64,000 nt of DNA, taken from the NCBI GenBank assembly GCA_020633995.1, contig JACKCO010000004.1, positions 90,928-154,927 on the forward strand, read 5' to 3'. The DNA is from Campylobacterota bacterium. Lineage in GTDB: Bacteria; Babelota; Babeliae; Babelales; RVW-14. The position numbers and the translations under genes were made by a program. Position 1 is the stretch's first letter, and every line of letters starts with the position of its first letter. Shown here one piece after another: positions 58,701-64,000 of this stretch. Under the pieces are notes generated by a model. The model ran no database searches, was not told the origin of the DNA, and worked only from the letters and a program-made list of their open reading frames with translations.

Positions 58701-59655
58701 TACACACTGCATGGTGATTGAACCAGAATGTCCAAAATCACCAAGTGATTTTGCAGCTGACGGGCAAAAGGCAGTCACTCGAAACGGTTACGCTTGTAAC
58801 ACGACTGTTACTATTAATGGTAATGGCCAGGCAATTAACCTTGCAAGCAAATGTGATGACATTATTCAGGTAGCAGATGGTGTACAAGTTATTTTTGAAA
58901 ACGTTGTGTTCAGACACTACCATGACCGTGTTTTTCAGCTTGGCGAAGGATCTGAAGTTGTCTTTGGTAACTGCACACGTCTTGAACTTGATGAAATGCA
59001 GAGCATGGAGATGGATTGGAAGTTTGACGGAGATACACAAATCCGTGGTTATGACAATATCTTGATGCTGGGTGAGTACAACATAAGAGTATTGCCAAGT
59101 GCAGAGCTGACGATGCACAACTTGTGGTTGTCAGGCATGCAGGATAACAATGTACGTTGCGAACATGACGATTCAAGCATTATTTACAAAGATTGCGACT
59201 TGTGGTTATCAGCAGACTACAGCTTTACAAAAGGCTCAATGCTGTTTGTCCAAGATGTAGTTTTACGCGGAACACATTGGTTTAACTACATGACAGACTT
59301 GACATCAACCATTAGCGGATGCTCAAGCTTGACCTTTGATAAGGGCGTTGTGTTTAACTATGAACCGCCTATTGCGAACAGAGACCTGATTGCAATGCAA
59401 GACATTACAGCAGTCTTAAAATGGGATGGCTGTGATATTTACTCAACACCAACTGGCTGGCGCCTAACCGTGGGTACGTTGTGTGTTGATCATATCAACA
59501 GACTCTTTGGTAGCGGTTCAAGCTTGTCACAAGCCATAGCGTTTGGTAATTGTGTCAATCAAGTAGTACTTGACGATCTTAATGTACAAGTGTTGCCTGG
59601 TGGATCAATTGATCTTCAATCAGGTGTGCTTGACTACGCAAACTTAGATACATAA
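55720..59655 (+). CDS. giant repeat protein P5: signal peptide, ~840 aa of NNSNAI/LLACCRD 39-aa repeats (predicted coiled-coil fibre), C-terminal module B + shared C-terminal motif
   Basis: AAGGAGAG SD. Signal peptide MRCYKKIVCLMLLAASGIEHHLAGA. The non-repeat C-terminal ~340 aa are homologous to the P3 C-half, which fixes strand and frame. Confidence 0.9.
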   Translation: MRCYKKIVCLMLLAASGIEHHLAGAKLDFASRSSSILLGSNGKQSVLRVGDQNKVRGWEQESIVRASDRGLTISRSPGGAQVYDQNSAPASVNDEWHVLRDWQMDRAFTTTDPELVLQNSAAIAALAQCCKNNSNAIVKNDADIASNASDIITNAVNIASNATSIASNAMDISDNLKAIRNNSNALLACCRNNSNAILAINADLSQGVEDNSNAIIKLEQDVTNNSNALIAKCDEIEANSNAILVNVQNITNNSNVIVVNVQNITNNSNTIVKNSQNIINNSNAIVVKCEEIEANSNAIIKHDQDITNNSNAIIAVVECCEDNSEAIIKLAQDVENNSNAILKNVQDITNNSNTLLACCRDNSNAIIKLTNDVENNSNAILKNVQDITNNSNTLLACCRDNSNAIIKLTDDVENNSNAILKNVQDITNNSNTLLACCRDNSNAIIKLTDDVENNSNAILKNVQDITNNSNTLLACCRDNSNAIIKLTQDVENNSNAILKNVEDIKNNSNTLLACCRDNSNAIIKLTQDVENNSNAILKNVEDIKNNSNTLLACCRDNSNAIIKLTQDVENNSNAILKNVQDITNNSNTLLACCRDNSNAIIKLTQDVENNSNAILKNVQDITNNSNTLLACCRDNSNAIIKLTNDVENNSNAILKNVQDITNNSNTLLACCRDNSNAIIKHDQDITNNSNAIIALVECCEDNSEAILKLVEDVKNNSNTLLACCRDNSNAIIKHDQDITNNSNAIVKNVQDITNNSNTLLACCRDNSNAIVKLTQDVENNSNAILKKCQDIENNSNAILKNVEDIRHNSDAIVSIMINNELIIHNSNAIVVLAECCEDNSNAIIKHEQDIKNNSNTLLACCRNNSNAIIKHEQDIKNNSNAIIAVVECCKDNSEAILKLVQDVTNNSNTLLACCRDNSNAIIKLTQDVENNSNAILKNVEDIKNNSNTLLACCRDNSNAIIRHDKQLNTIDHGPEKVFIKHNTHQINFDLHISCTHCMVIEPECPKSPSDFAADGQKAVTRNGYACNTTVTINGNGQAINLASKCDDIIQVADGVQVIFENVVFRHYHDRVFQLGEGSEVVFGNCTRLELDEMQSMEMDWKFDGDTQIRGYDNILMLGEYNIRVLPSAELTMHNLWLSGMQDNNVRCEHDDSSIIYKDCDLWLSADYSFTKGSMLFVQDVVLRGTHWFNYMTDLTSTISGCSSLTFDKGVVFNYEPPIANRDLIAMQDITAVLKWDGCDIYSTPTGWRLTVGTLCVDHINRLFGSGSSLSQAIAFGNCVNQVVLDDLNVQVLPGGSIDLQSGVLDYANLDT
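56074..58608 (+). repeat. in-frame degenerate 13/39-aa repeat region of P5
   Basis: NNSNA[IL] recurs about every 13 codons. 15 LLACCR and 4 ECC[EK]D Cys-Cys doublets counted in the translation. Confidence 0.95.
56716..57768 (+). repeat. 9 consecutive near-identical 117-bp (39-aa) tandem units
   Basis: Unit DVENNSNAILKNV[QE]DI[TK]NNSNTLLACCRDNSNAIIKLT[NDQ]. The period was checked from nucleotide offsets (56716, 56833, 56950 ...). Confidence 0.95.
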
Positions 59656-59665
59656 ACGCAAAAGC

Positions 59666-59697
59666 CTGAAGAGGAGGGAATCATCCCTCCTCTTCAG
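59666..59697 (+). terminator. perfect 14-bp hairpin between P5 and P6 (no T-run)
   Basis: ctgaagaggaggga-atca-tccctcctcttcag. Confidence 0.4.
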
Positions 59698-59773
59698 AAT
59701 ATGAGATGGTGTAAGAGCTTCGTTACGAGCGTTACGTAGAGGTGTCTACGCATTTTTTAAAAAAAGAGGAAGG

Positions 59774-62700
59774 ATGGGTGTGACTATACCTGCAAAACGT
59801 GCAATAAAAGTTTTATTGGCGATAGCTTGTACACTGTCAAGTAGTCTCTTTGCAGCAGTTGAATTTGGGAGCTTAGCGTCTGCTATTAATGTTAGACGCA
59901 GCGCACAGCTGCAGTCTTTTGCGAATCCATTTTTGGTGCGAGAGGGGAGTGTCAATGCACTTGAGAGTGGCGTAGTTTCAGGTCCCAAACTTATGTTTGA
60001 TGGAGGTATTTTCGCCGATAATAACAGTAGTGCAGAATTTACTGGTGATCTGGCGTTCACTCAAAATAATGTTATTGAAGTTTTTGACTCAGCATCAAAT
60101 GTAACTATTGTTGATCAAACAACTATTGATAGAAACATTATTTTAAATGACGGGACGTTGCGTCTTGATAATAAATTAAGTCTTGCCGATGGTGTTACTA
60201 TTGGTGCTTCTGGTCGTGTGCAGCTTAATGGTCATAGGCTAGAATTTGGAGGAAGAGATTTAGGTTTGACGAGCTCAATCGTCTGGGAAAATGCAGATGA
60301 TTTGGTCATGCATAGCAATATTGCTTTGACGGGGTTGTGGACGTTTACCGGCCCAGCCCACATTATCGGAAATGGCAATTGCCTTGACCTGACCAGTGGT
60401 GGGACGCTGTGGATACGCAGTAATACCGATGTATGGTTGAGCGATATTAAAATTCGCGGCTTGGGAACGGGGTTTATTGTTTTTGAAAATAAAACGTCTC
60501 GTTTGTATCTTTCGCAGGTTGAAGTAGAACTTGATTCATCGTTTACGGTAACAACCGGTGGTATTTACGCAAAAGGTCCTGCTAATATCGTAACAAAAAA
60601 TCACTTCTTAGCGTTTGATCAGAGTGGATCGTTAACCGTTGATGGGATACGCCTTACTTATGACACGTTGACGTTTGATGACCGTTCAAATATAGTGCCG
60701 CTCGACGCTGGGCAAGATCCAGGTGGGGTCAACTTAGCACTTGTAAATAATGGCGTTATCACAAACAACAATGTGGCACAGGCAAGTCAGCTTGCTATTC
60801 AAAACAGTAATGCAATTCTTGTTAAATGCCAAGAGATTGAAAATAACAGTAATGCAATTCTCGCGATTAGCTCTGGCGGGGTCCAGCTTGCAATAGAAAA
60901 CAGTAATGCGATTGTTGCAAAGTGCCAGGACATAGAAAATAACAGCAATGCAATTCTGAAGAACGTTCAGAATATAACGAATAACAGCAACACGATTTTG
61001 GTTAATGTTCAAAATATAACTAACAATAGCAATACGTTGATCAAGAAATGTCAGGACATTGAAAACAACAGCAATGCAATTTTAAAGAATGTTCAAGATA
61101 TAACGAATAACAGTAACACCTTGTTGGCGTGTTGCCGAGACAACAGTAACGCAATTATCAAATTAACGAATGATGTTGAAAATAACAGCAATGCGATTTT
61201 GAAGAATGTTCAGGACATAACAAATAACAGCAACACGCTTCTTGCATGCTGCCGAGACAATAGCAACGCGATTATCAAGCATGACCAAGATATAACAAAT
61301 AATAGTAATGCGATTATTGCACTTGATGTGGCAAGTGGTGGTGCTGCCGAACTTGCAGAGCAGAATAGCAATGCCATCCTTGCAAAATGTCTTGAAATAG
61401 AGGCCAACAGCAACGCAATCTTGAAGAACGTTCAAGACATAACAAACAATAGTAATACGTTGTTAGCCTGTTGCCGAGATAACAGCAACGCAATTATCAA
61501 GTTGACGCAGGATGTTGAAAACAACAGCAACGCGATTTTGAAGAATGTTCAGGACATAACAAATAACAGCAACACGCTTCTTGCATGCTGTCGTGACAAC
61601 AGTAATGCTATTCTTGCCCTGAGTGCTGGTCTTACTGATGGGGTGACGAATAATAGTAATGCGATTATTAAGCTTGTTCAGGATGTGACGAACAATAGTA
61701 ATACGCTGTTGGCGTGTTGCCGAGACAACAGTAACGCAATTATCAAATTAACGAATGATGTTGAAAATAACAGCAATGCGATTTTGAAGAATGTTCAGGA
61801 CATAACGAACAATAGCAATACGTTGCTTGCCTGCTGCCGAGACAACAGCAACGCAATTATCAAACATGACCAAGATATAACAAACAACAGTAATGCTATT
61901 GTTGCACTTGATCAAGGCCTTTCTCAGGCAATCGAAAACAACAGTAATGCGATTATTAAGCTTGTTCAGGATGTGACGAACAACAGTAACACGCTGTTGG
62001 CATGTTGCCGTGATAATAGCAATGCAATTATCAAATTAACGAATGATGTTGAAAATAACAGCAATGCGATTTTGAAGAATGTTCAGGACATAACGAACAA
62101 TAGCAATACGTTGCTTGCCTGCTGCCGAGACAACAGCAACGCAATTATCAAATTAACGAATGATGTTGAAAACAACAGCAATGCGATTTTGAAGAATGTT
62201 CAAGACATAACGAACAATAGCAATGCATTGCTTGCTTGTTGCCGCAACAATAGCAATGCGATTATCAAGATTGTTCAAGATGTTAAAAACAACAGCAATG
62301 GAATATTGGCAAATGAAGCTGACATTATGAAGAACGCAGCAGACATTTTGACCAACGCCGTCAACATCGCAACGAATGCAACAAACATAGCTGCGAATGC
62401 CGTTGATATAACCAATAATGCTATGGATATTGCTTCCAATGTTGACAACATCAGGCACAATAGCGATGCAATTATTGGTAAATGTCAGGATATTGAAAAT
62501 AATAGCAATGCAATATTGGCAATAGGTGATTGTTGCATAAACAACAGTCAGCGTATTACTAATAACAGCAATGCAATTATCAAAAAATGTGAAGAGATTA
62601 AACAGAATAGTAACGCAATATTAGCCAATGAGGCTGATATTATGAAGAATTCAGCCGATATTTTGACCAACGCAGTCAATATTGCAACGAATGCAACAAA

Positions 62701-64000
62701 CATAGCTGCAAATGCTGTTGATATAACCAATAATGCTATGGATATTGCTTCCAACGCCGACAACATCAGGCACAATAGCGATGCAATTATTGGTAAATGT
62801 CAGGATATTGAGAATAATAGCAACGCGATATTGGCGATAGGTGATTGCTGTGAACAAAATAGTGGCGCGATTATTAAACTGACGCAAGATGTTGAAAATA
62901 ATAGCAATGCAATACTGGCAAAGTGCTTAGAAATTGAAGCTAACAGTAACGCAATCTTGAAAAACGTCCAGGATATTACTAATAATAGCAATACCTTGCT
63001 AGCCTGCTGTCGTGATAATAGCAACGCAATTATCAAACATGATCAGGATATAACAAATAACAGTAATGCAATTGTTGTGCTTGCCGAGTGCTGTGAAGAC
63101 AACAGTGAGGCAATTCTCAAGTTGACTCAAGACGTTGCCAACAACAGTAACACGCTGTTGGCTTGCTGTCGTGATAATAGTAATGCAATTATCAAGCATG
63201 ATCAGGATATAACAAACAATAGTAATGCGATTGTTGTGCTTGCCGAATGTTGTGAAGACAATAGTGAGGCAATCCTCAAGTTAGTCCAAGATGTCACCAA
63301 CAACAGCAACACTTTGTTGGCATGCTGCCGTGATAATAGCAATGCGATTATCAAGCTAACGGATGATGTTGAAAATAACAGCAACGCGATTTTGAAGAAC
63401 GTGCAGGATATCACTAACAACAGCAACACCTTGTTGGCATGCTGTCGTGATAACAGCAATGCAATTATCAAGCTGACGAATGATGTTGAAAACAACAGCA
63501 ACGCGATCTTGAAGAACGTTCAGGATATTACTAACAACAGCAACACCTTGTTGGCATGCTGCCGTGATAACAGCAACGCGATTATCAAATTGACACAAGA
63601 TGTTGAAAATAACAGCAATGCGATCTTGAAGAACGTGCAGGATATTACTAACAACAGCAACACCTTGTTGGCATGCTGCCGTGATAACAGTAACGCGATT
63701 ATCAAGTTGACAGAAGATGTTGAGAACAACAGCAACGCGATCTTGAAGAACGTTGAGGACATTAAGAACAACAGTAATACCTTGTTGGCATGTTGCCGCG
63801 ATAACAGCAATGCGATTATCAAGTTGACACAAGATGTTGAAAACAACAGTAATGCGATCTTGAAGAACGTTGAGGACATTAAGAACAACAGTAACACTTT
63901 GTTGGCATGCTGCCGTGATAACAGTAATGCGATTATCAAGTTGACGCAGGATGTTGAAAACAACAGCAATGCGATCTTGAAGAACGTTGAGGACATTAAG
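59774..64000 (+). CDS. giant repeat protein P6 (3' end outside the window): signal peptide, N-terminal module A, then more than 1,070 aa of the same repeat family
   Basis: Not in the ORF track because there is no stop before the window edge. GAGGAAGG SD before the ATG at 59774. 4,227 nt (1,409 codons) are open to nt 64000. Signal peptide MGVTIPAKRAIKVLLAIACTLSSSLFAA. ALTGLWTFTGPAHIIGNGNCLDLTSGG is homologous to P1/P3. Confidence 0.88.
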   Translation, partial: MGVTIPAKRAIKVLLAIACTLSSSLFAAVEFGSLASAINVRRSAQLQSFANPFLVREGSVNALESGVVSGPKLMFDGGIFADNNSSAEFTGDLAFTQNNVIEVFDSASNVTIVDQTTIDRNIILNDGTLRLDNKLSLADGVTIGASGRVQLNGHRLEFGGRDLGLTSSIVWENADDLVMHSNIALTGLWTFTGPAHIIGNGNCLDLTSGGTLWIRSNTDVWLSDIKIRGLGTGFIVFENKTSRLYLSQVEVELDSSFTVTTGGIYAKGPANIVTKNHFLAFDQSGSLTVDGIRLTYDTLTFDDRSNIVPLDAGQDPGGVNLALVNNGVITNNNVAQASQLAIQNSNAILVKCQEIENNSNAILAISSGGVQLAIENSNAIVAKCQDIENNSNAILKNVQNITNNSNTILVNVQNITNNSNTLIKKCQDIENNSNAILKNVQDITNNSNTLLACCRDNSNAIIKLTNDVENNSNAILKNVQDITNNSNTLLACCRDNSNAIIKHDQDITNNSNAIIALDVASGGAAELAEQNSNAILAKCLEIEANSNAILKNVQDITNNSNTLLACCRDNSNAIIKLTQDVENNSNAILKNVQDITNNSNTLLACCRDNSNAILALSAGLTDGVTNNSNAIIKLVQDVTNNSNTLLACCRDNSNAIIKLTNDVENNSNAILKNVQDITNNSNTLLACCRDNSNAIIKHDQDITNNSNAIVALDQGLSQAIENNSNAIIKLVQDVTNNSNTLLACCRDNSNAIIKLTNDVENNSNAILKNVQDITNNSNTLLACCRDNSNAIIKLTNDVENNSNAILKNVQDITNNSNALLACCRNNSNAIIKIVQDVKNNSNGILANEADIMKNAADILTNAVNIATNATNIAANAVDITNNAMDIASNVDNIRHNSDAIIGKCQDIENNSNAILAIGDCCINNSQRITNNSNAIIKKCEEIKQNSNAILANEADIMKNSADILTNAVNIATNATNIAANAVDITNNAMDIASNADNIRHNSDAIIGKCQDIENNSNAILAIGDCCEQNSGAIIKLTQDVENNSNAILAKCLEIEANSNAILKNVQDITNNSNTLLACCRDNSNAIIKHDQDITNNSNAIVVLAECCEDNSEAILKLTQDVANNSNTLLACCRDNSNAIIKHDQDITNNSNAIVVLAECCEDNSEAILKLVQDVTNNSNTLLACCRDNSNAIIKLTDDVENNSNAILKNVQDITNNSNTLLACCRDNSNAIIKLTNDVENNSNAILKNVQDITNNSNTLLACCRDNSNAIIKLTQDVENNSNAILKNVQDITNNSNTLLACCRDNSNAIIKLTEDVENNSNAILKNVEDIKNNSNTLLACCRDNSNAIIKLTQDVENNSNAILKNVEDIKNNSNTLLACCRDNSNAIIKLTQDVENNSNAILKNVEDIK
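60789..64000 (+). repeat. in-frame NNSNAI/LLACCRD repeat region of P6, continuing past the window
   Basis: Same 39-aa unit as P5, interspersed with variant units and heptad (xDIxxNA) stretches. The last ~700 nt are regular 117-bp units. Confidence 0.95.
62309..62851 (+). repeat. 315-bp-offset internal duplication inside P6 (two 228-bp copies: 62309-62536 and 62624-62851)
   Basis: Both copies encode ANEADIMKN[AS]ADILTNAVNIATNATNIAANAVDITNNAMDIASN[VA]DNIRHNSDAIIGKCQDIENNSNAILAIGDCC. Confidence 0.9.

Noticed and set aside
46429-59655. Classical autotransporter, trimeric autotransporter or chlamydial Pmp interpretation of P1 and P3-P5
   Set aside because: None ends with a beta-barrel-like region or a terminal aromatic residue (the ends are ...KVND, ...DNTI, ...NPAR, ...NLDT). 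No GGA[ILV]/FxxN repeats are seen and P5 has no YadA-type anchor. The true C-terminus of P6 is unknown, so a TAA anchor cannot be excluded for it.

Overview
AT-rich chromosomal segment from a diderm bacterium; lpxC, lptD, a bamD-like gene, yidC and rseP are all present. It is probably host-associated or intracellular, because it encodes signal-peptide-bearing ankyrin-repeat, PLD/Nuc-like and J-domain/macro-domain proteins. A Dependentiae (TM6)-like or similar lineage is a low-confidence guess. Nt 1-25,200 carry housekeeping genes: zwf-gnd, cysS, a lipoprotein thioredoxin, ftsL-ftsI, yraN, bamD-like, yidC, recR, lptD, pepP, pyrG, rplM, lpxC and rseP. Accessory genes are interspersed, the most notable being a 1,009-aa secreted protein with EEP, J, EEP and macro domains, followed by a relic of a further EEP domain. 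Nt 25,674-44,427 hold an uninterrupted str-S10-spc-alpha ribosomal superoperon running from rpsL to rplQ, including an unlisted 38-aa rpmJ and lacking rpmD and adk. After a small secreted protein and ldh, nt 46,300-64,000 form the most unusual region. Six co-directional genes all encode signal-peptide proteins: five modular paralogues and one predicted outer-membrane beta-barrel. Two of the paralogues (1,311 aa and more than 1,409 aa, the latter running off the window) are dominated by a 39-aa/117-bp NNSNAI...LLACCRD tandem repeat. Its heptad/hendecad pattern with Asn at core positions suggests very long coiled-coil fibres. I recognised no CRISPR array, tRNA, rRNA, transposase or integrase.
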